From assembly GCA_963796055.1 (NCBI GenBank), contig CAWCKH010000004.1:2496001-2560000 (forward strand): DNA of 64,000 nt, in the 5' to 3' direction. This stretch comes from an uncultured delta proteobacterium. Lineage in GTDB: Bacteria > Myxococcota > Myxococcia > Myxococcales > Myxococcaceae. The notes beneath the pieces are model-generated. The model had not been told where the DNA came from, did no database searches, and worked only from the letters and a program-made list of their open reading frames with translations. Shown one piece after another: positions 7,999 through 16,774 of the stretch. How positions within the stretch are numbered: position 1 is the first letter of the stretch; the number at the start of each line of letters is the position of its first letter. A program made the translations under genes and the position numbers.

Positions 7999-9231
7999 AT
8001 GGCCAAGCAGAAGGGTGGAGAGATCGTCGTCGGCCTGGACATCGGCACGACGAAGATCTGCGCCATCGTGGGCGAGCTCACCGAGAACGGCATCGACATC
8101 ATCGGCATCGGCAGCCATCCCTCGAAGGGCCTGCGCAAGGGCGTGGTGGTGAACATCGAGGCCACCGTGGCCTCCATTCGCCGCGCGGTCGAGGAAGCCG
8201 AGCTGATGGCCGGCTGCGAGATCACCACCGTCTACACCGGCATCGCCGGTGGCCACATCAAGGGCTTCAACAGCCAGGGGATCGTGGCGGTGAAGGACAA
8301 GGAGGTCCGCGAGGCGGACATCACCCGGGTCATCGACGCGGCCAAGGCAGTGGCCATCCCCATGGACCGGGAGGTGATCCACGTCCTTCCTCAGGAGTTC
8401 ATCATCGACGACCAGGGCGGCATCAAGGAGCCGCTGGGGATGGCCGGCGTGCGGCTGGAGGCCAAGGTCCACATCGTGACCGGCGCGGTGTCCAGCGCCC
8501 AGAACATCGTCAAGTGCGCCAACCGCACCGGGCTCAACGTCGCGGACATCGTGCTCCAGCCCCTCGCTTCCAGCGAGGCGGTGCTGGGGGAGGACGAGAA
8601 GGAGCTGGGCGTCTGCCTGGTGGACATCGGCGGCGGCACCACCGACATCGCCATCTTCTCCGGGGGAAGCATCGCCCATACCGCGGTCATCGCCCTGGGC
8701 GGGAACAACCTCACCTCGGACATCGCCATCGGGCTCCGTACCCCGGCCCACGAGGCCGAGCGCATCAAGCAGCGCTACGGCTGCGCAATGGCCTCGATGG
8801 TGGACAAGGACGAGACCATCGAGGTGCCCTCGGTGGGCGGACGGCAACCCCGGGTCATCGGCCGGCAGATCCTCTGCGAGATTCTCGAGCCGCGGGTGGA
8901 GGAGATCTTCCAGCTCGTGCACCGCGAGATCCAGAAGTGCGGCTTCGAGGACCTGCTCGCCAGCGGGGTGGTGATCACCGGCGGCTCCACCTTGCTCGCC
9001 GGCATGCCCGAGCTGGCCGAGGAGGTGCTCGGGCTTCCGGTCCGCCGCGGGATGCCGCGGGGCATCGGAGGTCTGGTCGACGTGGTGAAGAGCCCGATGT
9101 ACGCCACCGGTGTGGGCCTGGTGGTCTACGGCGCCCGCCACACCGATCGACGCCTGTTCCGGATCCGCGAGGACAACGTCTACCGGAAGGTCCGCGGCCG
9201 GATGCGGGAGTGGCTGGAGGAGATCTTCTAG
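7999..9231 (+). CDS. ftsA: Cell division protein FtsA
   Basis: GLDIGTTKI, DIGGGTTD, VITGGST. Confidence 0.98.
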   Translation: MAKQKGGEIVVGLDIGTTKICAIVGELTENGIDIIGIGSHPSKGLRKGVVVNIEATVASIRRAVEEAELMAGCEITTVYTGIAGGHIKGFNSQGIVAVKDKEVREADITRVIDAAKAVAIPMDREVIHVLPQEFIIDDQGGIKEPLGMAGVRLEAKVHIVTGAVSSAQNIVKCANRTGLNVADIVLQPLASSEAVLGEDEKELGVCLVDIGGGTTDIAIFSGGSIAHTAVIALGGNNLTSDIAIGLRTPAHEAERIKQRYGCAMASMVDKDETIEVPSVGGRQPRVIGRQILCEILEPRVEEIFQLVHREIQKCGFEDLLASGVVITGGSTLLAGMPELAEEVLGLPVRRGMPRGIGGLVDVVKSPMYATGVGLVVYGARHTDRRLFRIREDNVYRKVRGRMREWLEEIF

Positions 9232-9244
9232 GGGAAACACGCCC

Positions 9245-9307
9245 CCGCTACAGGGGTGTGTCGAAAACTTGCGAGGGCGGGGTCCGGGCCGATGATGCCC
9301 GGATCAG
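9245..9307 (+). repeat. Copy 2 of the ftsQ/ftsZ upstream element (contains TTGCGA-N16-GATGAT promoter-like core)
   Basis: Aligns with 7092-7157; located in the ftsA-ftsZ spacer. Confidence 0.8.
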
Positions 9308-9332
9308 GCCGTGAGGCCGCGGACGAGGGCGA

Positions 9333-10511
9333 ATGGACAACTTCGATTCGAGCAAGCAGACCGCGAAGATCCGGGTGGTGGGCGTGGGTGGGGCGGGCTG
9401 CAACGCGATCAACACCATGATCGCCGCCGCGCTCGACCGGGTGAACTTCGTCGCCGCCAACACCGACATCCAGGCGCTGGCGGCGAGCCACGCGGCGATC
9501 AAGATCCAGATCGGCGAGACCCTGACCAAGGGGCTCGGCGCCGGCGCCAATCCCGAGGTGGGACGCCAGGCGGCGCTGGAGAGCAAGGACGAGATCGCCC
9601 ACGCGCTGGAGGGCGCGGACATGGTGTTCGTCACCGCGGGGATGGGCGGCGGGACGGGCACCGGTGCCGCCCCGGTGATCGCCGAAATCGCCCGCTCGCT
9701 CGGGGCGCTCACCGTGGCGGTGGTGACGAAACCCTTCCATTTCGAGGGAAACAAGCGGCGGAAGCAGGCCGAGGCGGGGCTGATCGACCTCAAGGCCTCG
9801 GTGGACACGCTGATCACCATCCCCAACCAGCGGCTTCTCGGGCTGAGCGGTCAGTCCATGCCGCTGCTGGAGACCTTCAAGCTCGCCGACGAGGTGCTGC
9901 TCAACGCGGTGCAGGGCATCAGCGACCTCATCCAGTACCACGGGTACATCAACGTCGACTTCGCAGACGTGAAGACCATCATGAGTGACCGCGGCCACGC
10001 GCTCATGGGTACCGGCCGGGCCTCGGGCGAGAAGCGAGCGGTGACCGCGATGCAGCAGGCGATCAGCTCGCCGCTGCTCGAGGACGTGCAGATCGACGGG
10101 GCCACCGGCCTGCTGATCAACATCACCGGCGGCCGTGACATGACCCTCCAGGAGGTCAACGAGGCGTTGACCCTGGTGCACGACGCCGCCGACGAGGAGG
10201 CGGAGATCATCTTCGGCAGCCTGATCGACGAGAACGTCTCGGACGAGGTGAAGATCACCATCATCGCCACCGGCTTCCAGCACCGTGGCGCCGAGGCGCG
10301 CCGGCCCGGGGCCACACCGGGGCAGGTAGCGACCCGTCCGGCCACCGCTCCAGCCGAACCGGCCGTGCACGGCCCGGTCCGCGCCCGCAGCACAGCACCG
10401 GAGCCGCGGCCGCTCGCGCCCCGCCACCTCCAGGAAAAATCGCTCCCGCTGGACGAGGATCAGTTCGACATCCCCACCTTCCTCCGACGCCAGGGACAGG
10501 GCGACTTCTAG
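9333..10511 (+). CDS. ftsZ: Cell division protein FtsZ
   Basis: GGGTGTG tubulin motif, INVDFADV, C-terminal DIPTFLR. Confidence 0.99.
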   Translation: MDNFDSSKQTAKIRVVGVGGAGCNAINTMIAAALDRVNFVAANTDIQALAASHAAIKIQIGETLTKGLGAGANPEVGRQAALESKDEIAHALEGADMVFVTAGMGGGTGTGAAPVIAEIARSLGALTVAVVTKPFHFEGNKRRKQAEAGLIDLKASVDTLITIPNQRLLGLSGQSMPLLETFKLADEVLLNAVQGISDLIQYHGYINVDFADVKTIMSDRGHALMGTGRASGEKRAVTAMQQAISSPLLEDVQIDGATGLLINITGGRDMTLQEVNEALTLVHDAADEEAEIIFGSLIDENVSDEVKITIIATGFQHRGAEARRPGATPGQVATRPATAPAEPAVHGPVRARSTAPEPRPLAPRHLQEKSLPLDEDQFDIPTFLRRQGQGDF

Positions 10512-10555
10512 GACGCCTCGGAGGCCGAGGGATCCACGTTGCAGGCGCCCGCGGC

Positions 10556-11275
10556 TCAGACCGTGCCGCTCGACCGCCAGCGGTACATCCGCTGTCGGTG
10601 GCTGGTGCCGTCCAGGGCAGCGAACAGGTGGCCGCGGAACACCATCACCAGGTGGACGAGGGCTCCTTCCACGACGTTGGTGATGATCGAACCCAGCAGC
10701 CCGAGTTCCGCCAGGGGATAGCGCGGGAGGTAGTACCAGGCGGCGAGCACCAGGAGATTCGGGATGCCCCACTCGATCCAGTTCGCCTGGAGGAAGCGGA
10801 CCGATCGCTGCACGGTCTCCAGCCCACCGTGGCTGCCGCGCTGGTAGATGACCTCGGGAGCGGCGTTGAGGAGGATGACCGCGGCGAGGAACAGCAGCTG
10901 CGAGAACACCGCCCGCTGGGGCCCGGGGACCATCAGCTCGATCACCAGCGAGGCGATCCAGTACACGAAGAAGAGATTGGCCACCGACCAGAAGTAGGCA
11001 CCGATGCTCCGACCGAACTCGTCCAGCTTCACCCGCGACTTCGAGACCACCTCCCCGAGGAAGTAGAGGTAGCAGCTCACCGCCGCGGCCCAGACCGCCC
11101 AGACGACGAACGAGCCGAGCCGCCCCAGCGCACCGAGGACCAGCCCGGTGGCGAGCTGGTTGGCCTCCAGCAGCCCGATGGGCAGCAGCAGCGTCCAGGC
11201 GTTCTTGCGGATGCCGGTCAGGGCCTGCCGGAACGCGTCGGCGTAGATGCGGAGGTAGACGGTCAGGACTTTCAT
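10556..11275 (-). CDS. Hypothetical integral membrane protein
   Basis: 239-aa ORF with several hydrophobic segments and GC3-biased codons. Confidence 0.75.
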   Translation of the reverse strand: MKVLTVYLRIYADAFRQALTGIRKNAWTLLLPIGLLEANQLATGLVLGALGRLGSFVVWAVWAAAVSCYLYFLGEVVSKSRVKLDEFGRSIGAYFWSVANLFFVYWIASLVIELMVPGPQRAVFSQLLFLAAVILLNAAPEVIYQRGSHGGLETVQRSVRFLQANWIEWGIPNLLVLAAWYYLPRYPLAELGLLGSIITNVVEGALVHLVMVFRGHLFAALDGTSHRQRMYRWRSSGTV

Positions 11276-11373
11276 TGCGCGGGGCGGACCATGTCATCCG
11301 GCGCCTCAGCGTGCCACCCTGATGCTTGCCCCGCCGCGGGCGGGCGTGGCAGCGTGCGCCGCCCGACGCCGAC

Positions 11374-12723
11374 ATGTTCCGCTCGCTGCTCATCGCCAAC
11401 CGGGGAGAGATCGCCCGCCGCATCGGAACCGTGGCGCGGTCGATGGGGCTGCGCACCGTCGCCGTGTACTCGGACGCCGACGCCCAGGCGCCCTTCGTCC
11501 AGGAGGCCGATCAGGCGGTGCGGCTCGGCCCCCCACCTCCGAGAGAAAGCTATCTGAACGTGGAGGCGCTGGTCCGGGCGGCGAAGGAGACCGGCGCCGA
11601 GGCGGTCCATCCTGGCTACGGCTTCGTCTCCGAGAATGCCGAGTTCGCCCGCGCCTGCACCGAGGCGGGCATCGTCTTCGTCGGCCCTCCGCCCGAGTCG
11701 ATGGCGCGAATGAAGGACAAGGCCCAGGCCCGGGCGCTCGCCGCCGGAGCCGGCGTGCCCGTGGTGCCGGGGAGCGATGGGGTGGTTGCCGACCTTCGCG
11801 GGGCGAGCGAGGCCGCCGAGCGCATCGGCTTCCCCGTCCTGGTGAAGGCGGCGGGCGGCGGTGGCGGCATCGGGATGGCGGTCGCCGGTTCCCAGGCCGA
11901 GCTGGAGAAGGCGTTCCGCGCCTGCGCCGACCGGGCCCGCGCCGCGTTCGGACGCGACGCGGTCTACCTCGAGCGCTACTTCCCGGCGCCGCGGCACATC
12001 GAGGTGCAGATCCTGGGGGACACCCACGGCACGCTCCTCCACGTGCTGGAGCGGGAGTGCAGCATCCAGAGGCGCCATCAAAAGGTCCTCGAGGAGGCCG
12101 GAAGCCCGCTGTTCCTCGAAGGGAGGAGCCCCGAGCTGTTGCAGCGGATGAACCAGGCAGCGCTCGCCGCCGCGCACGCCTTCGGCTACGCCAACGCCGG
12201 GACGGTGGAGTTCCTGGTGTCCGACGGCGAGTTCTTCTTCATCGAGATGAACGCCCGGCTCCAGGTGGAGCACCCGGTGACCGAGCTGACGACCGGCGTG
12301 GACCTCATCGGCTGGCAGCTGCGCATCGCCGCCGGTGAGCGCCTCAGCGTGAGGCAGCAGGACATCCACCGCCATGGGCATGCGCTCGAGTTCCGCATCT
12401 ACGCCGAGGACCCGGTCCGCTTCCTCCCCAGCCCGGGGCCGCTGAATGTCTTCCGCCCGCCCGAGGGTGAAGGCATCCGGGTCGACGCGGGCTACGCCGA
12501 GGGCGGGGTGGTCACGCCCTACTACGACCCGCTCCTGGCCAAGCTCATCGTCTCCGGCGAGGACCGGAACCAGGCCATCCAGCGCGCCGAGGAGGCGCTG
12601 CAGCGGTTCGACATCCAGGGGCTCAAGAGCAACCTGCCCCTGCACCTGCGGATCGTGCGCGATCGCGCGTTCCAGGACGGCGCGCTCGACACCCACTTCC
12701 TGGAGCACCACGCCAAACCCTGA
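11374..12723 (+). CDS. accC: Biotin carboxylase subunit of an acyl-CoA carboxylase
   Basis: LIANRGEIA, HPGYGFVSEN, KAAGGGGGIGM, RECSIQRRHQK, EMNARLQVEHPVTE. Confidence 0.93.
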   Translation: MFRSLLIANRGEIARRIGTVARSMGLRTVAVYSDADAQAPFVQEADQAVRLGPPPPRESYLNVEALVRAAKETGAEAVHPGYGFVSENAEFARACTEAGIVFVGPPPESMARMKDKAQARALAAGAGVPVVPGSDGVVADLRGASEAAERIGFPVLVKAAGGGGGIGMAVAGSQAELEKAFRACADRARAAFGRDAVYLERYFPAPRHIEVQILGDTHGTLLHVLERECSIQRRHQKVLEEAGSPLFLEGRSPELLQRMNQAALAAAHAFGYANAGTVEFLVSDGEFFFIEMNARLQVEHPVTELTTGVDLIGWQLRIAAGERLSVRQQDIHRHGHALEFRIYAEDPVRFLPSPGPLNVFRPPEGEGIRVDAGYAEGGVVTPYYDPLLAKLIVSGEDRNQAIQRAEEALQRFDIQGLKSNLPLHLRIVRDRAFQDGALDTHFLEHHAKP

Positions 12724-12744
12724 TGGCATGAGGAGCGCCCCACG

Positions 12745-12957
12745 ATGGACGTCCCCGCCCACATCACCGGCACCGTGTGGAAGGTCGAGGTCTCGGTCGG
12801 CCAGGTCGTGCAGGCCGGCGAGGTGCTGGTCATCCTCGAGTCGATGAAGATGGAGATGCCCGTCGAGGCGCCGGAGGCCGGCACGGTGAAGGAGGTCCGC
12901 TGCCAGCCAAACCAGCCGGTGAACGAGGGCGACGTGCTGGTCGTGCTCGCGCCGTGA
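12745..12957 (+). CDS. Small biotin carboxyl carrier protein
   Basis: LESMKME biotinylation motif, 70 aa. Confidence 0.92.
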   Translation: MDVPAHITGTVWKVEVSVGQVVQAGEVLVILESMKMEMPVEAPEAGTVKEVRCQPNQPVNEGDVLVVLAP

Positions 12958-13724
12958 CCTCCGACGGCCGGCTCGAGCGCTCGTGGCTGCCCGGAGGCGT
13001 CCGGGTGCTCACGCTGGAACGGCCGCACCGTCGCAACGCGCTCACACCGTTCCTCCTCGACGCGCTGGCCGAGGCGCTGGCCCCGGACACGGAGGTGCGG
13101 GCACTGGTGATCGAGGCGCGGGGTCCGGCCTTCTGCGCCGGCTACGACCTGGCGCAGCTCGGGGAGGACGCCGCCGCGGCTCGCTCGCCCGATGCCCGCA
13201 TCCAGGAGGTCCTGGCCATGCTCGAGGCCCATCCGGCCCCGAGCGTGGCGGTGGTGCACGGCGCGGCGTTCGGCGCCGGCTGCGAGCTGGCCTGCGCCTG
13301 CGACTTCCGCATCGGGACTCCGGACACGGTGGTCTGCATGCCGCCGGTGCGGCTCGGCGTGGTGTACGCGCCCGAAGGCGTGTGGCGGGTGGCCCGGCTC
13401 GCCGGCCTCCAGCATGCCCGGTGGATGTTCCTCACTGCGGCCGAGGTCGGCGCCGAGGAGGCCCTGGGCTGGGGGCTGCTGGACGCCGTGGCCGAGGACG
13501 CGACGGCACGGGCGCATGCGCTGGCGGCGACCCTCGCCTCGGGCGCCCCGCTGGCGATGGCCGGGCTGCGCCGGACCCTGCGGGCTCTCGGACACGCGCC
13601 GATCGATCCGGCCGAGCGCGAGCAGCTCGAGGCGCTCCGCTCCGAGGCCTTCGCCTCCGAGGATGCAAACGAGGCGCGCACGGCCCTCCGCGAGAAGCGC
13701 CCCCCGCGCTGGCGAGGTTGCTGA
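12954..13724 (+). CDS. Enoyl-CoA hydratase/isomerase family protein
   Basis: LTLERPHRRNAL, AFCAGYDL, AFGAGCELACACDFRI; GTGA overlap with BCCP. Confidence 0.9.
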   Translation: MTSDGRLERSWLPGGVRVLTLERPHRRNALTPFLLDALAEALAPDTEVRALVIEARGPAFCAGYDLAQLGEDAAAARSPDARIQEVLAMLEAHPAPSVAVVHGAAFGAGCELACACDFRIGTPDTVVCMPPVRLGVVYAPEGVWRVARLAGLQHARWMFLTAAEVGAEEALGWGLLDAVAEDATARAHALAATLASGAPLAMAGLRRTLRALGHAPIDPAEREQLEALRSEAFASEDANEARTALREKRPPRWRGC

Positions 13725-13980
13725 GACCCGGCTACCGGCGAAACCGCGCTCCGGGGCTCCGGCGGACGGGGGTCTCCCCCAGCCCTCCCCCCGGGAGCTC
13801 CTCGTCTGGTTCAAGGCCCGCGTTTCCCGGGAGCGCTCGAGGTCCGCGCAGGCCGCCGCGATGAGGGCACAGCACCCGTCTCCCCGCGCGCCGCCGTCCC
13901 CTCGGGGCTGCATCACCAGCGCTCACCCGGCGCCTGCTGGACTCTGCGCTTGACCGCCGCCGGGTCCCGCCGCACCCCTC

Positions 13981-14805
13981 CTACCGTCTTCGCGCACGGA
14001 TGCAGGTGAACGGTACCTGGAGACGGAGCGCCTCCGGGTCCAGCAACCCGACCAGCGCCCGGAACACCGCCTGCCGCGCCTCGTCCGGGACCACCGCCCG
14101 CCAGGCCTCGAGGAATCCCAGCCGGATGAAGTGGTGCCGGAACAGCGCCTCTGCGCTGGTGAACGGCCAGCGGAACATGTGGATGCCTTCGTCCTCGAGC
14201 TCGAACCCGGCGGCGCGGGTCAGCTCGACCAGCTCCGCCGCTGGCCGTCGCCGGACCCGGATGTGCTCCGCGATGCGGCGCTGACCGTCCTCTACGCCCG
14301 TCTCGTCCAGCGCACGGCCGAGCGCCTCGTAGAACCCGGCCATCGTCCCGGGCAGGTTGGCGGTGAACACCAGCTGGGCGCCGGGGCGGGCCAGGCGCGC
14401 ACAGACGTCGAGCGCCGCGGGCAGGTCCGCGACGTTGTTCAGTCCGTTGTTGGAGACGATCAGGTCCACCGAGGCAGGCGGCAGCCGGAGCGCCTCCACG
14501 GTCGTCACGTGCAGGGTGACCGATTGCTCGAGACCCCACGCCGAGACCTTGCTGCGGAGTCGCTCCATCGCCGGCGCCCACGGGTCCACGCCGTGCAGGC
14601 GCGCACCCGGTCCGAGCCGCTCGGCCAGCTCGAGCAGCGGGAACCCCGTCCCGCAACCCACGTCCAGGACCGTCATCCCGGGGCGGAGCTCCACCGCGTT
14701 CAGCAGCGCCAGCCCGAACGGGGCGGACCACAGCGGCAGCTCGTCGTAGAGCGCCACCACCGCCGGATCCGTCAGGTCCGGGGTCGGTCCCTCCCAGGGC
14801 TCCAC
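13981..14805 (-). CDS. Class I SAM-dependent methyltransferase
   Basis: VLDVGCGTG, GVDPW, VDLIVSNNG. Confidence 0.88.
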   Translation of the reverse strand: MEPWEGPTPDLTDPAVVALYDELPLWSAPFGLALLNAVELRPGMTVLDVGCGTGFPLLELAERLGPGARLHGVDPWAPAMERLRSKVSAWGLEQSVTLHVTTVEALRLPPASVDLIVSNNGLNNVADLPAALDVCARLARPGAQLVFTANLPGTMAGFYEALGRALDETGVEDGQRRIAEHIRVRRRPAAELVELTRAAGFELEDEGIHMFRWPFTSAEALFRHHFIRLGFLEAWRAVVPDEARQAVFRALVGLLDPEALRLQVPFTCIRARRR

Positions 14806-14823
14806 CCTCCACCTCCCCGGCGT

Positions 14824-15417
14824 TCAGGCGCCGCCGAACAGCTCGGCCATCCGCAGCCGCAGCGCCGAGGCGATCTTGTACAGCGAGCTGATCGAAGCGC
14901 TCGACTCCGCCCGCTCGATCTGGCTCAGGAGCGACACCGAGAGGCCTGTCCGGCGGGCGAGCTGCTTCAGGGTCAGCTCCTGCGACTTGCGGGCCTCGCG
15001 GATGGTGCGCCCGATGGCGCGGTGCAGCTCGGCCTCCGGGTCCTTGGAGAGCCCCTTCTTCGCCAGCGCCGACTCCACCGCCGCCAGCAGTTCCTCGGGC
15101 TCGACCGGCTTCTTCACGTAGTCCGACGCCTGCGCCTTGAGCGAGGCGACGGCGGTCTCCACCGCCGGGTGCGCCGTGGCCACGATGACCGCGATGTCCG
15201 AGTCGTAGCCGCGGATCTTTTCCAGCAGCTCGGTGCCGGACATCTGCGGCATCATCATGTCCAGGATGACCAGGTGGAAGTCCTCCGCGCGCAGCCGATC
15301 CATCACCTGTGTCGGGTCGGTCAGCGCCACGACCTCGTACCCGGCCTTGGTGAGCAACAGCTGGAGGTAGTCGCCGGTCTCCTTCTCGTCGTCGACCACC
15401 AGGATGCGGATTTGCAT
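14824..15417 (-). CDS. digR: Response regulator with REC plus C-terminal Xre/HTH_3 domain (DigR-like)
   Basis: ILVVDDE...ILDMMMP...KKP receiver plus IREARKSQELTLKQLARRTGLSVSLLSQIERAE. Architecture and position near ftsZ match myxobacterial DigR as I recall it. Confidence 0.8.
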   Translation of the reverse strand: MQIRILVVDDEKETGDYLQLLLTKAGYEVVALTDPTQVMDRLRAEDFHLVILDMMMPQMSGTELLEKIRGYDSDIAVIVATAHPAVETAVASLKAQASDYVKKPVEPEELLAAVESALAKKGLSKDPEAELHRAIGRTIREARKSQELTLKQLARRTGLSVSLLSQIERAESSASISSLYKIASALRLRMAELFGGA

Positions 15418-15425
15418 CGCCCCTC

Positions 15426-16721
15426 CTAGCGCTGCGGCATCGCGCTGGAGGCCCTAGCCTTCTTCTGGGCGTCCGAATCCTCAAGGAATTTCTTCACCCT
15501 GGGCACGGCCGGGTCGTCGGCCGAGGCCAGCTCGAGGAACCGTCGGTAGTGGGTTTCGGCCCGGCCGGTGTCCCCGCCCCGGGCGTAGGAGGTGGCCAGC
15601 ATCAGGTGGCACCGGGGGTGGTTGCGGTCCAGCGCGAGGCAGCGCTCGAATCGCCCTGCGGCTTCGCCCACGTTCCCACCGTCGTAGAGCGTCTTCCCCT
15701 CCCGGTAGACGCGCTCCACGTCCGCGGCGCTCGCAGCCCGAAGCTGCTGCGCCTTGCGCGGGTTCTTGAGGGCGGCGGCGATGGCCACCCGGAGCTCGGC
15801 CACCTCCGGAGCCCAGGCCCGGCTGCTCCGTGCCGCCTCCAGTTTCCTGAGCGCCGCGGACGGTCTGCCCTGGTCGAGCTCCCTCCGCGCGCTCTTCACC
15901 GCCCGGCCGGCCGCCGCCTCCACCCGCCAGGTCCGCCGCAAACCTTGCGCCTCCGCCTGGAAGGCGCGGTCGCGCACCGAGGCGAGGAGCCGCAGGGCTC
16001 GCTCGAACTCACGGGCCTCGGCGGCCGCGCGCGCCGCGGCCATCCACTCGGTGGCAGTGCTCGGTCGGGTCGCGGGCACGGTGGGCGGCGTCAGCTCCAG
16101 GGGGGGTGGCTCGGCCGGTGAGGGCGGGGGAACCTCGCCCACCACCTCGGGAGTGGGCGGGGGCGGAACCGCGCTCCGGGCCCGGGACGCGTCGCCGTCG
16201 CGCACGCGGAGCAGGAGCGCGCCGCCGAGCCCCAGCACCAGTCCCATCACCACCACGCCCAGCGCCCGACGGGAACGTCGGACGGGAGCTTCGAGCTCGG
16301 CGACCGGCCCCCCGGCCTGCTCCCCCGTGGCGAGCAGCAGCGGATGGGGTGCGGTGTCGGCCAGGACGTCTCCGATGAGAACGGCTGCAGGCTCGGGTAC
16401 CGTGGTCCGGGGCAGGGGGACGTCGAGCGGCACCTCGTCCGGGCGGAGGGCCACCCCGTAGTCGCCGATCGCCACCAGATCTCCGTCGCCGAGCGGGACC
16501 GGCTCGGTGATGCGGATCCCGTTCACCCGGGTGCCGTTGGCGCTGCGCAGGTCCTCGAGGAGCACCCCCCCGTCCCTGCGGAGTAGCCGGGCGTGCAGGC
16601 GAGAGACGTTTCTCTCCGGGAGATGGACCAGGTTGTCCTGTCCCCGACCGATGGTGATCTCGTCGCGGTCGAGGGGAACCTCCCGCCGGTGCCCCTCGTC
16701 GTCTTCGATCACCAGCTTCAT
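15426..16721 (-). CDS. FHA domain / TM / TPR protein
   Basis: TIGRG...VSRLHA...DLRSANGTRVNG FHA motif; central TM; C-terminal TPRs. Confidence 0.88.
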   Translation of the reverse strand: MKLVIEDDEGHRREVPLDRDEITIGRGQDNLVHLPERNVSRLHARLLRRDGGVLLEDLRSANGTRVNGIRITEPVPLGDGDLVAIGDYGVALRPDEVPLDVPLPRTTVPEPAAVLIGDVLADTAPHPLLLATGEQAGGPVAELEAPVRRSRRALGVVVMGLVLGLGGALLLRVRDGDASRARSAVPPPPTPEVVGEVPPPSPAEPPPLELTPPTVPATRPSTATEWMAAARAAAEAREFERALRLLASVRDRAFQAEAQGLRRTWRVEAAAGRAVKSARRELDQGRPSAALRKLEAARSSRAWAPEVAELRVAIAAALKNPRKAQQLRAASAADVERVYREGKTLYDGGNVGEAAGRFERCLALDRNHPRCHLMLATSYARGGDTGRAETHYRRFLELASADDPAVPRVKKFLEDSDAQKKARASSAMPQR

Positions 16722-16774
16722 GGGTCCACCAGGCCCCTCCCCGGCGCCAGGCCCATGCTACAAGGCGCGGCCGC

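Noticed and set aside
13790..13900. 6S RNA or large SRP RNA on the minus strand (CCTTGAACC motif)
   Set aside because: The complementary GGTTCAAGG arm of 6S and the SRP core (CAGG..CGGAAG..AGCAG) are missing.
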